Numbered from the stretch's first letter, positions 7,424 to 17,510 are shown. The stretch: DNA of 64,000 nucleotides from an uncultured Bacteroidales bacterium (GCA_902782465.1 CACZNH010000007.1:53687-117686), one strand, 5' to 3'. Numbers and translations are program-made. The notes: generated by a model from the letters alone, not told the origin.

Positions 7424-7757
7424 GGCAACCGCACCAAAATCGGTTGTGTGCGACAAGTCATGCTGTGTGTCCAGACGCCCAAAGGGCGGCACATTGAATA
7501 ACCCCCAGTAAATCAGGCGACCGAGCGTGAGCGAGGGCACCTGATTCACTGGGGGTATAGAGGCCATCTCCTCGGGTCGCCTTCAGCGACCCCAATGTCG
7601 ATGACAAGTAAGGGGTCGCCTCCAGCGACATGGATTGTTGCATGCTTATCCCCGGGTAACGCAATCCACTTCGCTATCACTCAGCGAATTGCGTTGCCCG
7701 GGGTTACTCAGAGGCCACCCTCCGGGTGTTTTTGCGACACATTTTGGTGCGGTTGCC
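7424..7757 (+). other. Structured non-coding element bracketed by a 17-bp perfect inverted repeat (candidate ncRNA or MITE-like element)
   Basis: ggcaaccgcaccaaaat (7424-7440) is the exact reverse complement of attttggtgcggttgcc (7741-7757). Internal hairpins: 7502-7517/7540-7555 (15 of 16 bp); 7574-7580/7586-7592; 7615-7619/7625-7629; 7650-7665/7688-7703 (16 bp with one G-T) plus 7671-7675/7683-7687; and 7716-7720/7724-7728 followed by TTTTT. Strand assignment is tentative. Confidence 0.5.
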
Positions 7758-7872
7758 GTGGTTTTCTCTCTCTTTTCTTATCTATTTTGATTTTTATTAT
7801 TACCTTTGCCCTCGAGCAGTGACCACTGTCGCTGCTTGACATCGTGGATAACAATTAGCGTTGGCTATTATT

Positions 7873-7990
7873 CAAACGTTCAGAAACTTGCAGGTAGAAG
7901 AACAAACCAAAAGAATAATGGTGACGCTCACCTTGTGTGGGCGTTTCCAGTCTTTTGGTTTAGGTTTCCTGCAAGTACCTTGAACGTTGG
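7873..7990 (+). other. Long interrupted hairpin in the leader of the methyltransferase operon
   Basis: The left arm caaacgttcagaaacttgcaggtagaagaacaaaccaaaaga pairs with the right arm tcttttggtttaggtttcctgcaagtaccttgaacgttgg in three blocks (aacgttca, acttgcagg, aaaccaaaaga). Confidence 0.5.
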
Positions 7991-8091
7991 ACGGGGATTC
8001 GTCCACCTTCTGTGTCCATAGGGGTGCTTGCAGGAACGCTTTGTTTATTGGCCCAGCGCATTAATAATAACGACAACATTATTAATGCTTT

Positions 8092-9201
8092 ATGGCAAAC
8101 GAAAGTCTATCTAAGGCTAAGGAGGCCAAAAATGATGAGTTCTATACTCAATACCATGATATTGAGAAAGAAATCTCGGCCTATCTTGAGTATAACCCAG
8201 ATGTGTTCCGTGGCAAGACGGTGCTATTGCCGTGCGATGACCCCGAGTGGAGCAACTTTACCAAGTATTTTGCCCAAAACTTTGAAAATTTCGGCTTGAA
8301 AAAGTTGATTTCCACCAGTTATGCCCCCGAGAGCAAGCGGTACAAATTTGGCTATGTACCCACCCTGTTCGAGACGGAGGCACCACACTTTGATGCCGAC
8401 AAGAGCAAGACGCACGGCAAAATCTTCATCCTTGACCATGACGTGACCGGGGATGGAAAAATCAACGTCGAGGACCTGCAATGGCAATACCTGGAGGGCG
8501 ACGGCGACTTCCGCAGCCAGGAAATCTGCAACTTGCGCGATCAAGCCGATTTTATCATTACCAACCCACCTTTCTCTCTGTTCCGTCAATTCCTAGCCTG
8601 GGCTATGGACGTTGATAAAAAATTCTTAATTGTAGGCAATAAGAATGCTGTTACATATAAAGAAGTTTTTCCTCTTATCAAAGATAATAAGCTCTGGTCT
8701 GGCAGAACTGAATGGGCTGGCGGAATGTGGTTTGAGACCAAATACGAGGATGTGGATAGAGTGATCAATGGAGTAAAAATGAAAAATGTACCTTCCATCT
8801 GGTTTACTAATATTGACCATGGTCGCCGACATCAGCCATTAGCATTGATGACGATGTCTGATAATCTGAAATTTAGCAAACACAAGGAATTAAAAGGAAA
8901 AGACAGTTATTATCATTACGATAACTATGATGCAATCGAAGTTCCTTATACCGATGCTATTCCATGTGATTATGAAGGAACAATGGGAGTACCCATCTCA
9001 TTTCTTGACAAATACTGCCCCGAACAATTCGTAATAATCGGAATGGCTAAGCGAGGAGCAGGGGACCCAGCATTAAAAAGCAAAGTATATACTAAAGAAG
9101 ATTATCCAAATTACAGTGATTTAAACGCTACACCTGTGATTATCACTGATGGAGTACCTAAAAATACTTATCCCAGAATTTTAATCCGCAAAAAACAATA
9201 A
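8092..9201 (+). CDS. N6-adenine (amino) DNA methyltransferase, EcoRI-methylase-like family
   Basis: N-terminal NDEFYTQ motif, LLPCDD and the catalytic FIITNPPF (motif IV). The family assignment is from memory of PF13651-type proteins. Confidence 0.85.
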   Translation: MANESLSKAKEAKNDEFYTQYHDIEKEISAYLEYNPDVFRGKTVLLPCDDPEWSNFTKYFAQNFENFGLKKLISTSYAPESKRYKFGYVPTLFETEAPHFDADKSKTHGKIFILDHDVTGDGKINVEDLQWQYLEGDGDFRSQEICNLRDQADFIITNPPFSLFRQFLAWAMDVDKKFLIVGNKNAVTYKEVFPLIKDNKLWSGRTEWAGGMWFETKYEDVDRVINGVKMKNVPSIWFTNIDHGRRHQPLALMTMSDNLKFSKHKELKGKDSYYHYDNYDAIEVPYTDAIPCDYEGTMGVPISFLDKYCPEQFVIIGMAKRGAGDPALKSKVYTKEDYPNYSDLNATPVIITDGVPKNTYPRILIRKKQ

Positions 9202-9207
9202 GACGAT

Positions 9208-10368
9208 ATGGAAGCGATATTAAGGACTGATATTACCGTTCGCGACATCTGCGAGGGCTTTATCTATAACGAGTTGGAGGGCAAGGGCCTGTTTGGAATG
9301 AATGGAAAATTAACCATCCAACCCGAATACCAACGCAACTACATTTATGCCGACGGCAAAAAGGATGTCGCTGTCATCGATTCGGTACTGAAAGGTTATC
9401 CGTTAGGGGTTATGTACTTTAACCAAGTGGGTGACGATTATGAGGTGCTTGACGGGCAGCAGCGCATCACGAGCCTGGGCCGCTTTGTGACCCACAAACT
9501 TGCCATCAAGGACAAGAACGGCATGCAGCAATACATTGACGGCCTCAACGAGGAAGACCGCGACAAGGTGCTCAACACCCGTCTGCTCATCTACATCTGC
9601 AAGGGCACCGAGAGTGAAATCAAGGAATGGTTCCAAACCGTCAACATCCCTGGCGTGAACTTGAACAATCAGGAAAAACTCAATGCCGTCTATTCGGGAC
9701 CGTTTGTGACCGCTCTTAAAGAAGAATTCAGCAACTCACAAAACGCCAATATCCAAAAGTGGAGTGCCTATGTCAAGGGCTCGGCCAACCGTCAGGACTA
9801 TCTTGAGCGTGCCCTGCAATGGGTAAGCCAGGATAATGTGGATGCCTACATGAGCAAGCATCGACAAGATACCGACATCACTCCAGTCAAGGTTTATTTC
9901 AATGCCGTGATTGATTGGGCTTCAGGCGTGTTCAAGGATGTGCTGCCCGAGATGCGCGGCCTGGAATGGGGGCGATTCTATGAGGAGTACCACAACAAGC
10001 CTTACAATGTGGACGCCGTCTCCAAGCGTGTGCATGAACTGTATGCCGACCCCTATGTGACCAACCACAAGGGCGTGTTTGAGTACATCCTGGGCGGCGA
10101 GCAGGATGCTAGCCTGTTGAACATCCGCGTGTTTGACCGTGCGACCATCAACCGCGTCTATGCCAAGCAGACCGAGAAAGCCAAGCAAAAAGGCGTGAGC
10201 AACTGCCCCGACTGTGCGCTGCAAGAGGGCGGCAACAGCACCCGCATTTGGAAACTTGCCGAGATGGATGCCGACCACGTCACGGCATGGAGCAAGGGAG
10301 GCGCCACCAACGAGTCCAACTGCCAGATGCTGTGCAAGCACCACAACCGCTCCAAGGGCAACAAATAG
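9208..10368 (+). CDS. DUF262 (ParB/Srx-fold, GmrSD-N-like) protein with a C-terminal HNH nuclease domain
   Basis: IQPEYQRNY and LDGQQRITSL motifs in the N-terminal half. The C-terminus is CPDC...DADHVTAWSKGG..NESNCQMLCKHHNRSKGN (HNH). The start is 7 nt after the methyltransferase stop. Confidence 0.85.
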   Translation: MEAILRTDITVRDICEGFIYNELEGKGLFGMNGKLTIQPEYQRNYIYADGKKDVAVIDSVLKGYPLGVMYFNQVGDDYEVLDGQQRITSLGRFVTHKLAIKDKNGMQQYIDGLNEEDRDKVLNTRLLIYICKGTESEIKEWFQTVNIPGVNLNNQEKLNAVYSGPFVTALKEEFSNSQNANIQKWSAYVKGSANRQDYLERALQWVSQDNVDAYMSKHRQDTDITPVKVYFNAVIDWASGVFKDVLPEMRGLEWGRFYEEYHNKPYNVDAVSKRVHELYADPYVTNHKGVFEYILGGEQDASLLNIRVFDRATINRVYAKQTEKAKQKGVSNCPDCALQEGGNSTRIWKLAEMDADHVTAWSKGGATNESNCQMLCKHHNRSKGNK

Positions 10369-10397
10369 ACACTAAATAGCCAGAAACAATTTCTTCA

Positions 10398-10481
10398 CAC
10401 GAATGGCCATCAATGGCCATGAATGGAACATGAATAAAATATTATTGATGACCATTCGTGGCCAATTCACGGTCATTCGTG
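10398..10481. terminator. Long imperfect palindrome downstream of the HNH gene (terminator/REP-like)
   Basis: cacgaatggccatcaatggccatgaatgg faces ccattcgtggccaattcacggtcattcgtg. The arms are about 30 nt with a few mismatches. Confidence 0.5.
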
Positions 10482-10520
10482 TTCTAATACACATTACCGA
10501 CTACTTTGAAAATTTCATAA

Positions 10521-10585
10521 AAAACTAATATTTTTAGTTTTATTAACTAAAATAATTTGTTTTATAACTAAAACATTTAGTTAAT
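10521..10585. promoter_or_regulatory. Cluster of AACTAAA/TTTAGTT inverted boxes upstream of blaI-like gene (candidate operator)
   Basis: aaaactaa (10521-10528) pairs with ttagtttt (10534-10541). attaactaaa (10542-10551) pairs with tttagttaat (10576-10585). There is an extra ataactaaaa at 10564-10573. Confidence 0.35.
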
Positions 10586-10619
10586 TTGCGTCGTAAAACT
10601 CAAAAAGGCCCATTGAAAT

Positions 10620-10988
10620 ATGAAACAGTTAACAAACAAAGAAGAGGAAATCATGGAGCACATGTGGGACAAAGGCCCCATGCTGGTGCGCGAACTGCAA
10701 GCCTGCTACGACGAGCCCCGCCCCCATGTGAACACCTTGGCCACATTGATGAAGATATTGGAAGAGAAAGGCTTCCTGGGCCACAAGGCAATTACCGCCC
10801 GCTGCTTCCAGTATTTTGCCCGCATCAGCCGCGAGGAGTATCGCGGCGGCTCGTTGACCAATGTGGTCAACAAGTTCTTCGGCAAGTCCTACCTGAGCGC
10901 CGTCTCGGCCCTTGTCAAGAGTGAAAAGGTCAGCATCGACGACCTGAAGGAACTCATTCGCGAAGTGGAACAGAACAACCAACAGTAA
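10620..10988 (+). CDS. BlaI/MecI/CopY-family transcriptional repressor
   Basis: 122-aa winged-helix protein (EEEIMEHMWDKGPMLVRELQ...VNTLATLMKILEEKGFL) directly upstream of an M56 peptidase gene. Confidence 0.85.
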   Translation: MKQLTNKEEEIMEHMWDKGPMLVRELQACYDEPRPHVNTLATLMKILEEKGFLGHKAITARCFQYFARISREEYRGGSLTNVVNKFFGKSYLSAVSALVKSEKVSIDDLKELIREVEQNNQQ

Positions 10989-11004
10989 AAACTTCCCAAT
11001 CGCC

Positions 11005-12267
11005 ATGTTGCTTATCTATCAAATCAAAGTGGGCATTTGCCTCATCGCCTTCTACCTGGTGTGGAAGCTGCTGCTGAGCCGCGAGACCTTTCACCGCTTC
11101 AACCGCGTGGCGTTGCTGATGGTCATGGCCATCGCCCTAGTGCTGCCGTGGATTAAGGTCACGCTCGACAGCCCAGTGCAGACTGCAGCCCCGATTATCG
11201 TGCTTCAGGAGTTGCTGGTCGGTCCAGCCGATGCTGGTCAGTCCGTGCAGGCAGCACACTCGTGGAGCGTGCTGGACATTGCTAATGCGTTCTATTTCAT
11301 CGGGATGGCTGCGGTGCTGTTTTGGTTGCTGCACAGCCAGTGGAACCTGCGCCGCATATTCAGGCAAGGAAGGAGCGAGTCACTGCCTGGCGGCATCACC
11401 CTGCATGTGGTTCCTGGCAACGTGTCACCCTTCAGCTACTTCAACCACATTGTTATTAATGAGCAGGACTATCGGGACAACCCGCGCGAAATCCTGATTC
11501 ACGAGCAGGCACACATCAACCTGCGCCATTCCATCGATGTGGTATTCACAAGCCTGGTGACCCTGTTCCAGTGGTGGAATCCGGCTGCCTGGCTGCTGTG
11601 CCGTGAGTTGAGGCAAGTGCATGAGTATGAGGCCGATGAGGCCGTAATCAACGAGAACGTCGACGTCAAGCAGTACCAGTTGCTGCTGATACGCAAGTCC
11701 GTCGGGGACCAGCTATTCTCGATGGCAAATAGTTTCAATTATCAATCTCTAAAAAAACGAATCCGTATGATGACGATTAACAAAAGCAGCCGATGGAATA
11801 AATTGCGTGCGCTGGCTGCGGTGCCCGTGATAGCATTGGCCCTGTTGGCTTTTGCCAACCCCGAAACCGACACAGCCGAACTGGTTGTCGTGGCCTATCA
11901 GCAGGACAAAACAGAATCCGACCAGGTCTATAAGTCCGTTGAGCAGATGCCGCAGTTCCCCGGCGGCGAAGCAGCGATGATGAGGTATCTGTCACAAAAC
12001 ATCAAGTATCCTCCCAGTGCGGCCAAGAACAATATCGAGGGCCGAGTGATTCTGCAGTTTGTGGTGGAGAAGGATGGACAGATTGGAGAAGTCAAGATTG
12101 TCCGTTCGGTAGATCCCGAGCTTGATGCCGAGGCAGTCCGCGTGGTCAAGACAATGCCCAACTTCATCCCCGGCCGCCAAGACGGCAAACCCGTCGCCGT
12201 ATGGTACACCATCCCCATCTCCTTCAAACTCCAGGGCAAGCCCGAACAAACCCAGCAGCCCGAATAG
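11005..12267 (+). CDS. BlaR1/M56-family membrane peptidase fused to a C-terminal TonB-like domain
   Basis: N-terminal TM helices, the zinc motif HEQAHINLRH and a downstream YEADEAV. The C-terminal ~90 aa (MPQFPGGEAAMMRYL...GRVILQFVVEKDG...VAVWYTIPISF) resemble a TonB C-terminal domain. Confidence 0.85.
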   Translation: MLLIYQIKVGICLIAFYLVWKLLLSRETFHRFNRVALLMVMAIALVLPWIKVTLDSPVQTAAPIIVLQELLVGPADAGQSVQAAHSWSVLDIANAFYFIGMAAVLFWLLHSQWNLRRIFRQGRSESLPGGITLHVVPGNVSPFSYFNHIVINEQDYRDNPREILIHEQAHINLRHSIDVVFTSLVTLFQWWNPAAWLLCRELRQVHEYEADEAVINENVDVKQYQLLLIRKSVGDQLFSMANSFNYQSLKKRIRMMTINKSSRWNKLRALAAVPVIALALLAFANPETDTAELVVVAYQQDKTESDQVYKSVEQMPQFPGGEAAMMRYLSQNIKYPPSAAKNNIEGRVILQFVVEKDGQIGEVKIVRSVDPELDAEAVRVVKTMPNFIPGRQDGKPVAVWYTIPISFKLQGKPEQTQQPE

Positions 12268-12676
12268 GCTCAATACCCAGTTATTAAAGTTCAAAAAACA
12301 ACGAGCGCCAGGGTCCCCCACCCCAGCGCTCGTTAGTTTAATTGTAGCATCACACAAAAAGCCACTTTGCTCTTTGACGAAAGAATGCGGATGCCCTCAG
12401 AACTTTCAGATTTATCAGTTGTTAGAACGCAATAATGTCAATTTTATTCGATGAATTCGTTAAATTCGCCGATATTCAATTGACGCAGATGCCAACAAAA
12501 AATTGTTGTTTGTGTTGTTCAACGTTGTCATTGTTGTTTGAAAAAAGCGAAAGAAAGACCCCGGCGTTGCGGTGGGCAATGCCGGGGTTGTGGAAGATAT
12601 ATATCGGCGCGGGGATTACGCCCCGCGTAACCAGAGGCGGTTACTTCACTAATCTCTATTCTCTAATCTCTAATCT

Positions 12677-12701
12677 TCAAGTTCTGAAGGTTTCAGAACT
12701 T
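12677..12701. terminator. Perfect 11-bp hairpin between the convergent blaR1-like and gyrB genes
   Basis: caagttctgaa - ggt - ttcagaacttg, 4 nt beyond the gyrB stop. Confidence 0.5.
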
Positions 12702-12704
12702 GAA

Positions 12705-14714
<2,010 letters not shown>

Positions 14715-14839
14715 TCAAAAATCGGGGGTGTCTAAAAACGTACAAAATTACAAAAAACTGCCCATTCACCAAAACTTTCAATCCTTAAAAAACCATAATT
14801 CCAACGGGTATTTATGGCAATTGTGCTACTTTTGCAGCG

Positions 14840-16204
14840 ATGAATTTACCGGAGGCGTTTATAGAGCAATTACGAGACCTGCTGCCCGATGAATGGGAAG
14901 CTCTGACTAGTGCCATCACGACAACCGAACCCAGCGTTGCCGTGCGTGTCAACGAGGCCCGTGGAGCGTCGGTGCCCGATGGTGTCCGCCGTGTCCCCTG
15001 GTGCGAGCAGGGCCTTTATCTGGCCGACAGGCCCGTATTCACCTTCGATACCGACTGGCATGCTGGTCGCTACTATGTTCAGGACGCCTCGTCGATGTTT
15101 ATCGCCCACGCCATCAAGCACCTGGTTCACGAACCCGTGCGCTACCTTGACCTGTGCGCTGCACCCGGCGGCAAGACCACGGCCGCTATCCAGGCGCTGC
15201 CGTCCCCCTCACTGGTGGTCGCCAACGAGATTGTGCCGCCACGCGCCCGCGTGCTGGCCGACAACGTCATCCGCTGGGGCAATCCACGCTGCGTGGTGAC
15301 GAGCAACGCCCCCGCACAATTCAGCAAACTGACGCATTTCTTTGACGTCATCGCTGCCGACGTGCCCTGCAGTGGCGAGGGCATGATGCGCAAGGACGAT
15401 GAGGCGGTGGCCCAGTGGTCCCCTACCCTAGTCGCCCAGTGCGCCCAGCGGCAACGTGAAATCCTCACCGATGCCTGGCAAGCCCTGCGACCCGGCGGAC
15501 TGCTCATCTACAGCACCTGCACCTATAACCGTCAGGAAAACGAGGATATGGCCGACTTTATCGTCAACGAGTTGGGCGCCACCTCGCTTGAAATACCCAT
15601 AGAGCCTTCATGGAATATCCATCCTGCCATCGGCAGCGATTGCCACTGCTACCGCTTCATGCCCCATCGTGTGGACGGTGAGGGTCTGTTTATGGCCGCA
15701 TTCCGCAAGGAGGGCAACGGCACGCGCCAGATGCCGCGAATCAAGGAAAAAACCATAAAAAAAGTCGATGAAACCGTCAAAAAGTGGCTATCATCGCCCG
15801 ACGGCTTCATTATGGACCAGCAAGGCGACCTCTTCATTGCCGTGCCACAGGACATCCGCAGCGAAGTCGCAACCCTGCGTGCCACACTGAACGTGTTGCA
15901 TGCCGGCGTGGAGATGGCGACGTTGATGGGACGCAAAACGGTGCCGCATCACGCCCTGGCGATGTCATTGGCAAGGTCCGCCGATGCCTTCCCAATGTGC
16001 GAGGTGGACTACCCCAGCGCACTGCGTTACCTGCGCGGCGAGAGCATCAGCATTGACGGTCCGCGTGGTTATGTTCTCGTCGCCCATGAGGGAGCCGTGC
16101 TGGGCTTTGCCAACAACCTGGGGAATCGAGCCAACAACCTATATCCCAAATCATTACGCATATTAAGCACCCATCTTCCCGACGAGAAACCACACTGCCT
16201 GTGA
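14840..16204 (+). CDS. NOL1/NOP2/Sun-family rRNA cytosine-C5 methyltransferase (RsmF/RsmB-like)
   Basis: SAM-binding motif DLCAAPGGKT and catalytic Cys motifs DVPCSGEGMMRKD and YSTCTYN. Confidence 0.8.
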   Translation: MNLPEAFIEQLRDLLPDEWEALTSAITTTEPSVAVRVNEARGASVPDGVRRVPWCEQGLYLADRPVFTFDTDWHAGRYYVQDASSMFIAHAIKHLVHEPVRYLDLCAAPGGKTTAAIQALPSPSLVVANEIVPPRARVLADNVIRWGNPRCVVTSNAPAQFSKLTHFFDVIAADVPCSGEGMMRKDDEAVAQWSPTLVAQCAQRQREILTDAWQALRPGGLLIYSTCTYNRQENEDMADFIVNELGATSLEIPIEPSWNIHPAIGSDCHCYRFMPHRVDGEGLFMAAFRKEGNGTRQMPRIKEKTIKKVDETVKKWLSSPDGFIMDQQGDLFIAVPQDIRSEVATLRATLNVLHAGVEMATLMGRKTVPHHALAMSLARSADAFPMCEVDYPSALRYLRGESISIDGPRGYVLVAHEGAVLGFANNLGNRANNLYPKSLRILSTHLPDEKPHCL

Positions 16205-16208
16205 AGCC

Positions 16209-17510
16209 ATGAACCGCGAAATCCTGAAAATTGCACTGCCTGCGATTGTCGCCAATATCACTGTCCCGTTATTGGGGCTGGTGGATACCGCCATTGCCGG
16301 GCACCTGGGTGACAAGGTGTTTATCGGCGCCGTGGCGGTGGGTGCGATGATGTTCAACCTGGTGTATTGGAACTTCGGATTCCTGCGCATGAGCACCTCG
16401 GGCATGACCGCACAGACCTATGGCAGCGGCGACTTCAAGGAGAGCGCCAAGCTGCTGGGCGAGTCCACTGCACTGGCGGCACTCATCTCTGCCATCATCA
16501 TCGTGCTGCAATGGCCCATCCGCCAACTGCTGCTGTGGATTATCGGCCCCTCTCCCGATGTCACCTCGCTGGCCATTACCTACTTCACCATCTGCATCTG
16601 GGGCGTGCCGCCCGTGCTGGTGATGATGGCATTCAAGGGATGGCTCCTGGGCATGCAGGATTCCAAGAGCGCGATGTGGATATCCATCATGACCAACGTC
16701 TTTAATATCGTGGCAAGCCTCGTCTGCGTCTATCTGTTCGATATGGGCTTTGTGGGCATCGCCGTGGGTACTATGGGGGGCGAATGGCTGGGATTGCTCT
16801 ATGCATCGCTGACGGTTCAGCACAAGTTTCCACGCCTGAACGGCATGCTGGACTGGCGCCGCGTGTGGCGTTTCAAGGGCGCAGGTCGCTACTTCAAGGT
16901 GAGCCGCGATATCTTTGTGCGCAGTTTCCTGCTGATGACCGTTAGCCTGGCATTTGTCTCTATCGGAGCCCGCAGCGGCGACCTCATCCTTGCCGTTAAC
17001 GCCCTCATCCTGCAGCTATTTACCCTCTACAGCCACTTTATGGACGGCATCGCCTTTGCCGGTGAAGCAGTCGTAGGCAAATATTACGGCATGGGTGACA
17101 TGGCCCGCATGAAGCGCTGCGTGCGCCTGCTCTTCGGCTGGGGACTGGCTGTCGCCGCCGTTTTCACGCTGGTTTACTCCTTTCCCCGCATCGCCTTCTG
17201 GCTGCTGACCGACCAGCAGAGCGTCATCGAGGCAGCGATGGACTATCGCGTGTGGTGCGCCCTGATTCCCGCAGCGGGCATGGCGGCCTTTGTTTGGGAT
17301 GGCGTGTTCATCAGCCTAACGCGCTCCATGGGCATGCTTATCAGCGCGGGCATCGCCTGGTCATTGTTCTTTGTCATCTACTGGCTCACGCCGACCGAAT
17401 GGGGCAACAACCGCCTGTGGATAGCCTATCTGAGTTTCCTCGCCCTGCGCGGCATCATCCAGACCATCCTCTACCGCAGCTATCTCGCCCACGGTGTGTT
17501 CAACCACTGA
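16209..17510 (+). CDS. MATE-family efflux transporter
   Basis: 433-aa polytopic membrane protein. The N-terminus ILKIALPAIVANITVPLLGLVDTAIAGHLG is typical of MATE/DinF transporters. Confidence 0.8.
   Translation: MNREILKIALPAIVANITVPLLGLVDTAIAGHLGDKVFIGAVAVGAMMFNLVYWNFGFLRMSTSGMTAQTYGSGDFKESAKLLGESTALAALISAIIIVLQWPIRQLLLWIIGPSPDVTSLAITYFTICIWGVPPVLVMMAFKGWLLGMQDSKSAMWISIMTNVFNIVASLVCVYLFDMGFVGIAVGTMGGEWLGLLYASLTVQHKFPRLNGMLDWRRVWRFKGAGRYFKVSRDIFVRSFLLMTVSLAFVSIGARSGDLILAVNALILQLFTLYSHFMDGIAFAGEAVVGKYYGMGDMARMKRCVRLLFGWGLAVAAVFTLVYSFPRIAFWLLTDQQSVIEAAMDYRVWCALIPAAGMAAFVWDGVFISLTRSMGMLISAGIAWSLFFVIYWLTPTEWGNNRLWIAYLSFLALRGIIQTILYRSYLAHGVFNH

Noticed and set aside
7458-7822. Small ORFs 7458..7664 (minus, 68 aa) and 7595..7822 (plus, 75 aa) as hidden peptides or toxin genes.
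   Set aside because: Both run straight through the long perfect hairpins, so their existence is a by-product of the palindromic sequence. Neither has a plausible start context or recognisable family features.
7424-7990. Retron-like msr/msd RNA. The flanking inverted repeats resemble a1/a2, and a long hairpin resembles an msd stem.
   Set aside because: No reverse transcriptase gene exists anywhere in the window. The long hairpin (7873-7990) lies outside the 17-bp inverted repeat rather than between the repeats. I kept the region as an unexplained structured element instead.
7424-10368. HEARO/omega-RNA plus an IscB-type HNH nuclease (RNA-guided system).
   Set aside because: The HNH protein has a DUF262 (DGQQR) N-terminal domain and no RuvC-like segments. 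It is also preceded by a methyltransferase. The architecture does not fit IscB/IsrB.
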